From Octopus sinensis (taxonomy: Eukaryota): 64,000 nt of DNA. How positions within the stretch are numbered: the stretch's first letter is position 1; every line of letters starts with the position of its first letter. Shown here piece by piece: positions 12,890 through 25,938 of the stretch. The notes below the pieces were generated by a model. It saw only the letters and a list, made by a program, of their open reading frames with translations, had not been told where the DNA came from and ran no database searches. Location: assembly GCF_006345805.1 (NCBI RefSeq), contig NC_043001.1, forward strand, positions 34,038,001-34,102,000. The letters are read 5' to 3'. A program made the translations under genes and the position numbers.

Positions 12890-13185
12890 TATACTTTAGT
12901 TTCGACTTTGGCTTTCGTCCTTTCGGAGTCGATAAAATATGTTCCGAGTTGAGCACTAGGGTTGATATAATCTGCTACCCACTTCCTTAAAATAACTGGC
13001 CCCATGCCAAATTTTGAAACCATTGTATCTTCAATTTCTACGGGTCGTAAAATTTGTCTTAAATATAAAATAGATCTTCGTCAGTTTCGACGATAAGGAT
13101 TCAGTTGTTCGATCAACTAAATTACCTACTTACAGAATTTAAGTATAAGCGACTGGTCATTCTACAGACACGTGTATCCTTAACA

Positions 13186-15630
13186 TAATTCTCAGATACA
13201 ATCAGCGTAACAGGGTGAGTGATAAGTCTGTATAACAAGATATTGTTATTCCCATATTCGAAAATGCAGCAATGAAAATCCCGGGTTTTATAGTCTGAGG
13301 TAGAAATTATTTAAAATTAAATGGAAGGCAGTCCCATTCGCTTGTAGATTTTGTCGGAGGAAAATATATAATTCTGTGCATATAAATAGAATATTGTGCC
13401 AATATTTGGGAATAAAGTATGAAAGTATAAATCTCTCATATCTAAACTACAGTATACTAGTACTATATTTCAACTTTATCTTCCTTCAGATCAACTGTTG
13501 TTTATATTTTGATGAAGAGAATTGCCATAAAAGATGTGAAACTTGTATTTGTGTGGGTTGTGTATGTTGAAAAAGGAGGTATAATGAGATTGTTAGGATT
13601 CGAATTTCATCGATCCCAGTGCGTAACTGGTACTTAATTTATCGACCCCAAAAGGCTGACAGGCAAAGTCGACCTCGGTGGAATTTGAACTCAGAACGTA
13701 AAGGCAGACGAAATACCTATTTCTTTAATACTCACAAGGGGCTAAACACAGAGAGGACAAACAAAGACAGACAAAAGGATTAAGTCGATTATATCGATCC
13801 CAGTGCGTAACTGGTACTTATTTAATCGAACCCGAAAGGATGACAGGCAAAGTCGACCTCGGCGGAATTTGAACTCAGAACGTAACGGCAGACGAAATAC
13901 TGCTAAGCATCTCGCCCGGGTTTTAACGTTTCTGCCAGCCCGCCGCCTTGGTGACTAAGCAATAATGTGGCATTGGTGACAAAGTAACCTCGCGGGCAGA
14001 TAATGTTATCTTCTTACATAATTGCTGAACTACTAGAGGCAATTGTTTTGTTTGTGTTAACAGTCTATGATAATTTGGACTTTATTATTAAAAGCAATTA
14101 TTGTTCCTAGTAGTCTTACGCATATCAGGATCCCTAGTGAGCATCAATGTCTCTCATTCGAAATAGGGCAGTATCAGGCACAGGACTATTTTTTGTACAT
14201 CAAAAAAAAAATAAGGAAAAAAAAAAATTAAGTGTGTCACCTATGTAAATACGGTTTTATTGATGAGAAGTAGACAGGACGGGCGCTTCTTCTCCTTAAC
14301 AATTGAACTGAAAAACATTTTTGGAATAATATTGTATATATCTATATATAGGACATAAAACGAGGTATGGCTGAGTGGTTAAGTATGCTTCGTAACCATC
14401 AGACCCCGGAATCAATCCGCATATATGACAACGTGGGTAAATTCTTTCGCCATAGTCGCAGATCATATAATCGCTTGTGAATGAATTTGGGTTGGTGGGA
14501 ACGGAGTTAAAAATGTGTACTGCATTTATAAATAACTGAAAGCTTTACTGCTGCATACAATATTAATTCAGCCTTATCACACTGCGTCACGTTGATGCTA
14601 CTACATGATAACAGTAGAGGTTAGTTCAGTTAGTAGACCATTCAGTTGATCGAACAACTTGGGTGCAGATACGTTGAAATCACCGGGAAAGTCCATCAGA
14701 TATATAACAAAGGTAAAAACATAAAGTGTATTTTATTTCTAATTTGCGTAACTCGTTATATTTTGGGCGAAGTTTCGTTTGTCGTAGCACACGTCGTAGC
14801 ACACGTTTCCGTCGATTTCCGTAAAAAACTTTTATTTTTTTACATATGGCTTTGCGGGAATATTTGAAGTAATGAGAGCGAAAGAGACTAAGAGGAAGCG
14901 ATTTTATGACGAGGGAATTTCTTTTTGAAGTCCCCGTGCGTGTGTTTGATGGGGTGTGGGAGACAGACAGTATGTTGTGTAAGTGAAGTGCTTCTGTTAG
15001 TGTGTGCGAAGAGACAGAGAGAGTAATGTGTGAAAGAGAGAGATAACTGAAATTTTTTACTCGGTGTATGTGTATATGTATGTGTGTGTGTGTATGTATC
15101 TATGTATGTGTGTGTGTATGTATGTGTGTGTGTATGTATGTGTGTATGTATGTATGTATGTATGTATGTATGTATGTATGTATGTATGTATGTATGTATG
15201 GCCGATTCAGTGTTTACATTTTTTACGGAAATCGACAATCGACGGAGGAAATCGACGGAAACGTGTGCTACGACAAGCGAAACATCGCCCTAATTTGCGT
15301 GACTCGTTATATTTTGTTTTGTTTTCCATGAATACATGTAGTAACATTTTGATAAAACTATAATATATACTTCGTTCCTGATACAACGGGCCATTTTCTA
15401 ACTGGACATGCAACTGATATCACTTCAGCTCTGACATCCTTAGTAGGACAGAACCTTGCTCTGAATTCCAGATCCCTGGGTTTGTCCAAGCTGAAGCTTG
15501 TCAATCAGATCCCTAAGGGTGCTCGGACTTGTTTCGCCCTTGTTCTCTCGAAACTACTGAAAAACTTCTGCCTATCCAACAACACCTCGAATTGGCAGGA
15601 ACTGTCTCTGTTCCCTTTTGGTCTGCCTCC
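13186..15630 (+). repeat. Right arm of inverted duplication (partner 3278-8427)
   Basis: Reverse-complement homology, including a CRE-element fragment at 15395-15630. Confidence 0.9.
14765..15290. mobile_element. Non-autonomous TIR element (GGGCGA termini) containing a (GTAT)n microsatellite
   Basis: ~55-bp TIRs gggcga.gtttcg.ttgtcgtagcacacgtttccgtcgatttcc; absent from both paralogous sites. Confidence 0.85.
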
Positions 15631-15631
15631 T

Positions 15632-15844
15632 TAGACGCAGCAAATGATTTTAGCTCAATAGAGGCAATTGATTGGTTAAAATTCGAAAAATTAAACAACG
15701 TTAAACTTACAAACTACAATTTTCTCAAGAAAGCCAAGAGAAAAAAATGTTTTATTTTGACACATTCTACCAGTATACGAAGTTTAAAAGTGTTTAGTTA
15801 ACTAGAAGTTGTGTTGAAAACTGCTGTTCAAAAGGAAAAGATCC
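15632..15844 (+). mobile_element. Right end of a GGATCTTTTCC-family TIR element (truncated)
   Basis: ..cacattctaccagtatacgaagttt..gttcaaaaggaaaagatcc. Confidence 0.75.
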
Positions 15845-16622
15845 CATAACTGGTACTTATGTAATTGACCCCGAAAGGATGAAACGCAAAGTCGACCTCG
15901 GCGGAATTTGAACTCAGAACGTAACGGCCGACGAAATACCGCTAAGCATTTTGCTTACCAAAGGGGAAATAGCAATTGCGCAGACCTACGCCCCAAACAG
16001 TTTGGTCCTTTCTAAGACGTCGAAACGCTTCTAAAGCAAACTTCGTTTGTTTGTTTACGTTCATCGTAATTTGAATGTAACATATCACAGTCTCCTCCTT
16101 AGAAATATACTCACAAATGCGTATTAGACGTTATCATTATCTCTCATTTCGCTTTTTAGGGGTAAATCTGTAAACTTTGCGCTTGGGAAGCAATCAATTT
16201 AGTGCGTCAGTAAAATATTTTAGGCGATAAAATTTAAATGGATAAGTGTATTCGATCTGATTTTAAAATAAGATACGATAATACAAAGATCCGTGCGTAC
16301 AGTTAAATTAACCGATTCGGTTAATTCTTATAGACAACAGACTAGTATATATATACGTCGAATAAAATCATAAAGAAATGATCAGAGAATCATTTCTAAC
16401 ATATGCACTAGGCTACACCATCGTAGGAAAAAGAACGTAAACACTGGGTTTCATTGTGCCAAGGGAAATAACTGAATTGACTTCGCCTTTCATCCTTTCG
16501 GAGTCGATAAATTAAGTACCGATAGGTCTGTCCACCTCCCACAAAATTTCGGGCCTTGTGCCTAGAGTAGAAAAGAATAGATTTTTGTTACAAGGTTTGC
16601 ATCCAAAATTTTTATTTAAATA

Positions 16623-18108
16623 CTAGCAGCATCGCCCGGCGTTGCTCGGGTTTGTAAGGGAAATAACTATACAAGCATTTTTAGAGAGTTACTTCCCTTA
16701 TATAAACCGGGCAAAAAATGCATTAAAAAACGAAAAAAATGATGGTAAATTTCTTTTTAAATCGTAGACTCATCGTAGACGCGCGCTAATACCCAGAAGA
16801 GTATGAATACCCAGAAGGGTATGAATCACGACTATAAGATACCCGCTTTTGGTTAAACTGCACCGCAAAATGTGGGAGTAGTTAGGAATCTAAATCGGAG
16901 GAGACAGACTCTCACACAAATTCAGTTTTATATATAAACTAGCAGTATCGCCCGGCGTTGCTCGGGTTTGTAAGGGAAATATCTATACAGCATTTTTAGA
17001 GAGTTATAGCCAAAAAATAGCAAAAAAATGCATTAAAAATTAAAAAAATATGATGGTAAATATTTTTAAAATCGTTGACTCATCGTAGACATTTTTAGAG
17101 AGTTACTTCCCTTTAAAAAAATATGCATGAAAATGGAAAAAAATGATGGTAAATTATTTTTAAAATCGTAGACTCATCATAGACGTGCGCTAATACCCAG
17201 AAGGGCTCGATATAAATCACGACTATAAGATACAGCACCTGGTTAAACTGCACCGCAAAATGTGGAGTAGTTAGGAATCTAAATCGGAGGAGACAGACTC
17301 TCACACAAATTCAGTTTTATATATAAACTAGCAGTATCGCCCGGCGTTGCTCGGGTTTGTAAGGGAAATATCTATACAGCATTTTTAGAGAGTTATAGCC
17401 AAAAAATAGCAAAAAAATGCATTAAAATTAAAAAAATATGATGGTAAATATTTTTAAAATCGTTGACTCATCGTAGACATTTTTAGAGAGTTACTTCCCT
17501 TTAAAAAAATATGCATGAAAATGGAAAAAAATGATGGTAAATTATTTTTAAAATCGTAGACTCATCATAGACGTGCGCTAATACCCAGAAGGGCTCGATA
17601 TAAATCACGACTATAAGATACAGCACCTGGTTAAACTGCACCGCAAAATGTGGGAGTAGTTAGGAATCTAAATCGGAGGAGACAGACTCTCACACAAATT
17701 CAGTTTTATATATAAACTAGCAGTATCGCCCGGCGTTGCTCGGGTTTGTAAGGGAAATATCTATACAGCATTTTTAGAGAGTTATAGCCAAAAAATAGCA
17801 AAAAAATGCATTAAAAATGGAAAAAATATGATGGTAAATATTTTTAAAATCGTTGACTCATCGTAGACATTTTTAGAGAGTTACTTCCCTTTAAAAAAAT
17901 ATGCATGAAAATGGAAAAAAATGATGGTAAATTATTTTTAAAATCGTAGACTCATCATAGACGTGCGCTAATACCCAGAAGGGCTCGATATAAATCACGA
18001 CTATAAGATACAGCACCTGGTTAAACTGCACCGCAAAATGTGGGAGTAGTTAGGAATCTAAATCGAAGGGGACAGACACTCACACAACTACAGTTTTATA
18101 TATAAAGA
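16623..18108 (-). mobile_element. Tandem array of four non-autonomous Helitron units (~316, 389, 389, 392 bp)
   Basis: Minus strand: 5'-TC start at 18108, subterminal hairpin cccgagcaacgccggg and CTAG end. CTAG at 16623, 16939, 17328, 17717. Outer flanks are A and T. Confidence 0.88.
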
Positions 18109-19998
18109 TATAAAGATGAGTCTTTAATACTATTTTCGAGCAGGGTAGTTTTTCTATAATTAAAAGAGACTGGAGGGAACGTCATTGATCATAAGTTTTC
18201 CCTATTAGGCTGATCAGCACCAATTAAATAGTATATTGAAGCTAAGGTACTGGTGTTGCTCATTGGTACCGAACCTAGAACAAGATGGTTTAGAAACGAA
18301 CTACTTTGTCACCTTTTTAAAAAACAATTTTTATTAATCATGTGAATAGCTTAAGTTGTATAGCAAACACAACGTGACAATTAAGAAAAGAGCTTTTATG
18401 CCGTCGCTCGATCTATTAGAAATTGCAGGTAGATCTCTCAAATCACAGTCCTCGATGCACTAAGTCTAGATAAAAGACTGGATTGCCTCCAGCTGTACTG
18501 CAGTAATAGCTGCATACATTACCTCTAAGTACTTTTTAGAAAAGTTCATATTTATATGCTCTATTGAACAGAGTAAAAATAATCGATAAGTTGTATAACT
18601 CTGATCTATGATCGAAGAGAATCTATCTGTTATCATCCAGTATTTTATTCAGACTTAGTGCATCTAGAACTGTGTTTGAGAAAGATTTGGCTGTTATTTT
18701 TTGTAGGTCGCACACCGTAAACTGTTACGTTGTTTTCGTTATTCAACTTACCATGATTCATACGAGTTATTTATCACAGCATACTTACACAAATGTGCCC
18801 CATCGATTTTGTTTCCTCATAACTGCGAGGAAAATGGATGTTTTCCAATGAAAACTTCTATAAATATGCTTCAGGTGCTGTAGATTCCGATTACAAGGGA
18901 ATGTTTTTGTGAAAAGTTTTTTTCCAAGGATGGGGAGAGGAGTTTCGAAAAATTCACACTAGTTGTCATTGTCTCCTCTCAACTTTCCGAAAACTGGATT
19001 TTAAAATTTTTTATAAATATGTAGTACTGTGGGAGTAGAGGAAGATGTTCCATAAGAATGTGAGGGGATACGTTTAGAGATGGGGAAGACACACACGGCT
19101 GTTGCAAGTGATGATGAGAGAAATTGGGATGGCTGGGAGGGGTGTATGGTAGATGTGAGGGCATGGGGAATGAGCAGATAGGCATGTGGTAGAGAGTGGA
19201 GGGAAGGGAGGGTCCTTCAGCTGGTGGTGGAGGTATTGGGTAAATGGGTTGTAGGGGAGTTTTGACAGGGGAGAGACTATGTGTGTATGAGGGAGTTCAT
19301 GTCAATAAAGGACCTGCTTGGCATGTCCTTTCATTTGACTGCTATGTCTTGCAGTTCAAGTGATCATGCAAAGACCCAATCATAAGCTCAAGCTTAGGTC
19401 TGTCATGAGCCTACAAGCTTTTTACATCAGAGCTTATCTTGGTTTCTAGGGTTTATGAGCAACTTAAGAATAGAGAAGTCCCTCCTGAACATGATGTCAG
19501 TCCATCACAGTTGCTGGTACTAATTTTCAGCTGAGAGGAGTGAAACAGTGTAAAAGGAAGTATATGGTTCAAGAACACCAGCCAGTCTTGAAATTGAAAC
19601 CACAACCTTATAATCATGAATCCAACACCCTAACTAAGACCACATAGCTTCATATTAGCTTATCTTATTTGAATTAATATTAATGTATATATTGTCACAA
19701 GCTGCAGAAAGATAATTGAAAATAATAATCTGCTGATGAAAAGTCAGCATTAATTCAATGGCAAGTGGTATTTCAGTACATAAGGGAGATAACTCTAAAG
19801 ATATTTCAATTGGATTAGCTCTCTTCAGCAAATAATGGACTTCACCATACCAAAGTAGTGGTGAAAAAAGCACTTGGTGAAGAAGGATAAATACTTGCCT
19901 GAAAAATTTATCCCTTTCACACTCTTGAACCAATCATTTAATAAATGTGTGTTGTTCCTTTTTGAATTTATTTTTATGTTTGTTTTGAAGAACAAAAT

Positions 19999-20111
19999 AT
20001 GACTGAGAGTGAAAAGAAAACTACCTCTGATGGCGAATTTGATGAACATGGTTACTGGATCAATCGGTGGACCACTAAAAATATTCCTTTCCACCAGGAA
20101 GAAATGCATGT
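19999..20111 (+). CDS. TPMT: TPMT-A coding exon 1 (MTESEKK...YWINRWTTKNIPFHQEEMH)
   Basis: ATG at 19999, 8 nt after an AG acceptor at 19989-19990 (implies an upstream UTR exon); donor gtaagt at 20112. Confidence 0.9.
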
Positions 20112-23100
20112 GTAAGTTACTCAATTATCTTTTAACTAATTAACTTAATCAAACACCAAATCTGGCTCAAGTTGTAACCGTCTAGTTTTGCCATGATTGT
20201 TCTGCCATACTATTTAATTATGTTAATATGCCATGGAAACTGAAATAAACTTTGACCTCATGAGCCTTTCAGCTTATGACAGACCTAAAGTCAGTCCCGT
20301 TTGACCCAAGAAATGATCCCAGGGGCTGTTTTGCTATTGTTTAAGAGCTACATTGTACAGGTGATCTACCCTTTATAAGATAGCAGAGTGTTATTTGAAG
20401 GAGGTTTATCTGCTACTTTTAGCACATCAGGTGACTGCCTAGAGGCTCCCTTACATGTCTTGAATTGATAAGGATGCTGGGTGATCAGCTGAGGGATGAA
20501 CATTTCCTGTCACATCACTGATACTGCATCATAACTATAGTCAACTCTTTTGTTACCACATTTCTGTTAAAATACCCAGTCTTTATTTTAATTAATTCTG
20601 AAAATAATGAAGAATTTAATAATGAAATAACTTTGCAGTAATTAAAATGATGTTTGAAACATACATCAACTTGAAATTTTGAAAGAAACTTGTTATTTAG
20701 ATCACTTTACCCTTTAGCATTCAGATTTTTCTGTCAGATGGAGTGGTTGGCATTTAGGAAGGGCATCCAGCTGTAGAAACCGTCCTAGATCTGATTGGAA
20801 CCTGGTGCAGCTCTCCAGTTTAGCAGTTTCAACCAAGCCGTCTAACCCATGCCAGCATGGAAAGCAGATGCTAAATGATGATGATGAAGAGGAAAAGGAG
20901 GAGGATGATGATGATTGTCATGAATTTATCTTGCATTATCTTGTAACCTTGAGATTTTGATGATGTGTTTGTTTATGTTCAAAATGACATTCAGGGTAGA
21001 TGTGAGACTCCAGATCTGGCCAGTTTGAACATAAAGCAAGTAGAATATTTTAGCCAGATATGCCCGCTTTAAATGTTAAAGGGTTAAAATGAGAAATTTG
21101 TATCATAAAATTAGGGTCAATCTCAGGTGGGTTGGTATCAAATGGGTTAACCTATAGTAAAGTTCTTAGAAGAGTTTGCTAAGTCTAATTACTATTTTTT
21201 GCCCTTATCCTTTCTTCCAAAGGAGAAACAGAGAGAGAGAGAAGTAGTGTTGTCTGCAAATGGTAACAGAAATGAAGGAGTGGCATGTAAGAGGGGTAGG
21301 GAGAAGATGAAGGGAAACAAGAATTAGGGAGGTCAATCCACTATTTCTCAGTTACATGAAAATGAATTTATTTGTCTAATGTCTGTTTTCTTTTCCTTGC
21401 TAGCAAATACATTTCGCAGTCATTGTTCTCACAATCAAATGCCCTTCATCACCCTAAGCCTTGCTTGTTTCCCTGTGTGAAGGATTTATCTTTTATTTCC
21501 TCTTGCATCTTCAGCAGTATGAAGCTGGGGAATGTCAACCAGCATCACATTTTCTCACCTCAATATTTTTCATGCAAAGCATCGATACAGAATTACAATC
21601 CTAAGCCTTAATTCATGCATACGTGTATGCTTGCACATGTACACACATGCACACTGCTAAATTTTTAGTGCTGCAGAGATCCACAAACCCCAGGTTGGAT
21701 ACCACTGAAAGGTTTAGTTGTTATTACTAGCAGTTTGAGTGATATCATAAAGGCTCCCTATCTTGTTCTTGGTTTCTAATTCTGCCAGGTTTTCTTTGCT
21801 TCTTGTGCCTACAATACTGACAAAATGAGTACCAGTAACATATTGAGGTTCAATCTCTTGATTACACCTTTCCCTTTAAATAACTGGCATGGTACTCTGT
21901 CAAAAGAAATTATTATTGTTTTTATTGAATATTATTGAAATAATTGTTTATTTTTGCTATTCTTTTCTTCTGTCTTTAAGATCACTTGAGAAACACTTGG
22001 ACAAATTTATTGATGGAAGAAATGGAATAAAAATTTTCTTTCCCCTCTGTGGGAAATGTGTAGATATGAAAAAGTAAGTATCGTCTTTGAATAACAGTGA
22101 CTCAATAAGTTAGGAGATTACCTGAACACCTTATAAAAAGAACCAGCAAGGAAGTGCTTGTGTAGTTTCTGGACCTTAGGTGCTCTATCTAAAGACTGAA
22201 GAAATCTGTATCAGTCTTTTGATTATCTTATGCTTGTAAAAGAGTTACATCAATCACTAATTAAGACTAAATAATCCACAAGTTTTATGCACCGTCTGAA
22301 AGATGGGACAGCTTCCAGGGCCATTACATATGGATTCAAGCTTCTTCATTAACTAACAGCAGGTCTTTGATAGGAAATGTTTTGCATTAGTATTCTGTAA
22401 ATACCAATAGCAACATAGACACAGTGGCTCTGTGTCAAGGGTGTAAGTTACCCACATGCTGAAATACTTGTTCAAGGACTTGCTAATGGAAGCTGATCTA
22501 CTTCCAAGTAATGAGAACAACATCTAATAAAAATGATGTCCATTTTTAGCAATCACCCATAGAGATGCAACGCCTCATCCTGTAATAAATACTGTTTCCA
22601 CTCCTTTTCTCAGCCTCTCATCCTTCTGGAACCCATTCTCTGCTCTTGTTTTTTCCCTCACCCACTAAATTTATGAGGATCCAACAGAACATTATCTCCA
22701 GTGATGTGTGTGTGTGTTTGAGTGTGTGTGCGCGTTTGTATGTGTGCACAAGTGTGTGTGTGTGTGTGTGTATAAATATAGGCGGATGTTAAATGATGAT
22801 GGTGATGATGCTGATGATGATCCATGAGCTGGCAGAAACGTTAGCCCGCCAGGCGAAATGCATTACGTTCTGGGTTCAAACTTCGCCGAGGTCGACTTTG
22901 CCTTTCATCCTTTTGGGGTCGATAAATAAAGTACCAGTTATGCACTGAGGTCGATGTAATCGACTTAATCCGTTTGTCTGTCCTTGTTTGTCCCCTCTAT
23001 GTTTAGCCCCTTGTGGGCTGTAAAGAAATATATATATGTATAGTTTGTTTATTTTTCAGATTAGCAGATAAAGGGCACAATATTGTTGGAGTTGACATTG

Positions 23101-25904
23101 CTGAACAAGCTTTACAGGAATTCTTTACAGACCAGAATTTGGAATATACTGTTGAAGAATTAAAGGACAACACAGGAAAACTCTTTGCAGTAAATATTCA
23201 TTTTTATAGTAGAAGCTTTTATAGAAATGTTGAAATAATGGTGCTGGTGTGGGTGTGTGTGGTATAAAATTTGCTTTCCAACCACACAGTTTGAAGTTCA
23301 GTCCCAGTGTATGGCACTCTAGCCTCATGTATATCTCCAGGCTGACCAAAGCCATGTGAGTGAATTGGATTTGGTGTGACAAAGACCGAAAGAAAATCCT
23401 ATATATATATATTTGTATATATCATCTGGTATGTTGATTTTGTTCATTCGTTATTAATCTTGAATTATGCTTGCACTGATGATTAAAAAGTGCATTACTG
23501 CACTGATTATGTCTCCTGTTTCTGAAGAAGAGCCTTGCTCGAAATGTAAAACACCCTTATTTTCTTTCTCTGAGTGTCTTATTAATATTTCGTATGTACC
23601 ACATCCTTGTGTTGTTTTTTTTAATTTTTGTTCTTTTTTTCCAACAGCAGTAGTGGTATTGATAGTACAGTGGATAGTTGCATTGAAATTCTATTTGAAA
23701 TATAATTTTGTGAGCTCATTCTCACCTTAATTGCATTTACACATACATGATGCTTAATTGTTTAGCATTTAAACCAGTCAAATCTGGTTGAAATATTCTA
23801 TGTTCAGACTGATCAGATCCAGCCTCTTTCACCTTCCCTACAATGTCATTCTAAAAAGAATCAATCACAGCATTGAAATCTCAAAGTTATGAGACAATGC
23901 ATGAGTAATACAGAATGATGAGAATAAATAAGCAATCGTATTTGACAGAGTGATCTGAATACTAATGAATAAATAATAAATGGCAACTTAAGAACTGAAA
24001 TTAGAGTATTATAGTAAAGAAATCCAGAAAATTGAAGTTAGTTGTTCAAAAATTGTTTCAATAAGTATTTCATTTGAATTTTATCTTTCTTCTAGAGCAA
24101 AGATGGGAAAATCAAACTTTATTGCATGGATATGTTTAAATTTTCAAAGTAAGTATTGCATTTTTGTAAACTCTACTAAATTTTCAATATTTGAACATGG
24201 ACACAGAGGAATGACTGAGTTGCTAGCTTTGCAACCACACAGTTCCAGGTTCACTCCCACTGTGTGCACCTTGGGCAAGTGTCTCCTACTATAGCCTGGA
24301 GCTTAAAAAAGGCCAGTTGTGTGTGATGATGCATGGGTTTGTCTTTCCCTGACTTGACATCATGTGGTACTTGTAAATGTGTGTCACTGTGAAAGAAGCA
24401 ATGTCATTCATTTCCAATATTAAGTATGGACATTGGCCTGCTCGCCCAGCCAATGGTATGGCATCATTTGAAAGGTAAAATGATGAGGAGCACATTGTAA
24501 CCAGTGATGTATATCAAGTGATCACATCATGTCTGGACATTGGGAAATATTAACTTGTTTGGAAACAGATGAGAGTTGGCAAAAGGAAGGGCAGTTGTGG
24601 TGGTGATGTAGTATTTGTGTCTCATGTCCAAGAATTTCAATTTCCCCCTGTCGTAGGAAAATAACTTCAGTGGGAAATGCTAATGTTGTTGATTTGGGAC
24701 ACATGTGACCAAGGAATTGCTCATAAATTGATAAACTGAATAAAAGTGCTTTGTACCATTTATTCCATGCCATCTACATATCTTTATTCCATATCAGCTA
24801 CATGTATTAATTAGCCATTTGATAATTAGAGATCCTCATTTGCATCATCATCATCATCATCATCATTCAGCTTCTATTTTTCTTTGCTTGCATGAGTCAG
24901 ATGGATTTTATTGAGGCAGATTTTCTACAGTTTGATAACCATTCCAGAGAAAAATGGACAATGATGACGACAGTTATTAATTTACCAATTTAAATTTTGA
25001 GAAAATATTATCAGATGTTATTTTATTAACGAATGTGACTGTTTTCCTTATTTTTTCAATTTACAATGATTGTTAATTATTATTAATAGTCATGTTGTAG
25101 AAGACTGTCTTTAGGTTGTGTGTTAGTTTGAAGAAAACCTCCAAGTAGGTACGAAGATAACTATGGCAATTGAAATCATCTCAAAGTGGTGGTGGTGGTG
25201 GTTGACAAGGGACTGCAGATGAAATCCTTTTTCAGACAAAGGCTACTTAAGTCCTCACTGCCCCATTCATGTGATGTGTACAAGAAGTAGCTCCTAGTTT
25301 CTGCATGGGGCAAAGCATCTCTGACATTTATTTCACTTGCAGTAATTCTTTCTAGGCCTTCCTTTAACTTCATCTAAAATAAAGGAAGTAAAAAAAAATA
25401 GGTTATTTCTTTTCTTCCAGAATATAATTAAAAGTGCTTTTAAATTTCAACCAATTGTAATAAATCTTGCAATTAATTTTACTTCTTTTTCTTTTCTGCC
25501 AAAACACAGAGATTTTGAAGGACAGTTTAATGCTATTTGGGATCGAGGAGCTCTTGAGGCTATCAGCCCCAAAACCAGAATAAGGTTAGTAATAGTTGTT
25601 TAATGACAATAACATAATTACATAGTCATGATGATATAATATATGTTAGTTTCATAATATTACTAATGATAGTAATATATATTGATTAATTAGAAGAAAA
25701 CCTCCTTGCATAGTGAAATTTTTGGGCAGAGCATTAAACAATTACATCAATCCCAGTGTTTCACTGGTACTTAATTTATCAACCCCAAAAGTAGGTAAGG
25801 CAAAGTTGACCATGGCAGAATTTGAACTCAGAGCGTAAGGATGGATGAAATGTTGGTGAGCATTTCACCCGGTATGCTAATGATTCTGCTAACTTGCTAC
25901 CGTA

Positions 25905-25938
<34 letters not shown>

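Noticed and set aside
9789-15844. 6-kb composite (Pack-type) transposon bounded by GGATCTTTTCC ends
   Set aside because: No target duplication, and both ends are truncated and diverged from each other; kept only as a breakpoint association.
16623-18108. CRISPR-like or regulatory repeat array
   Set aside because: Units are ~390-bp near-identical Helitron copies with no unique spacers, and the context is eukaryotic.
21372-21611. 79-aa ORF identical in both units (44087..44326)
   Set aside because: Intronic and inside the homogenised tract, where non-coding DNA is equally identical.
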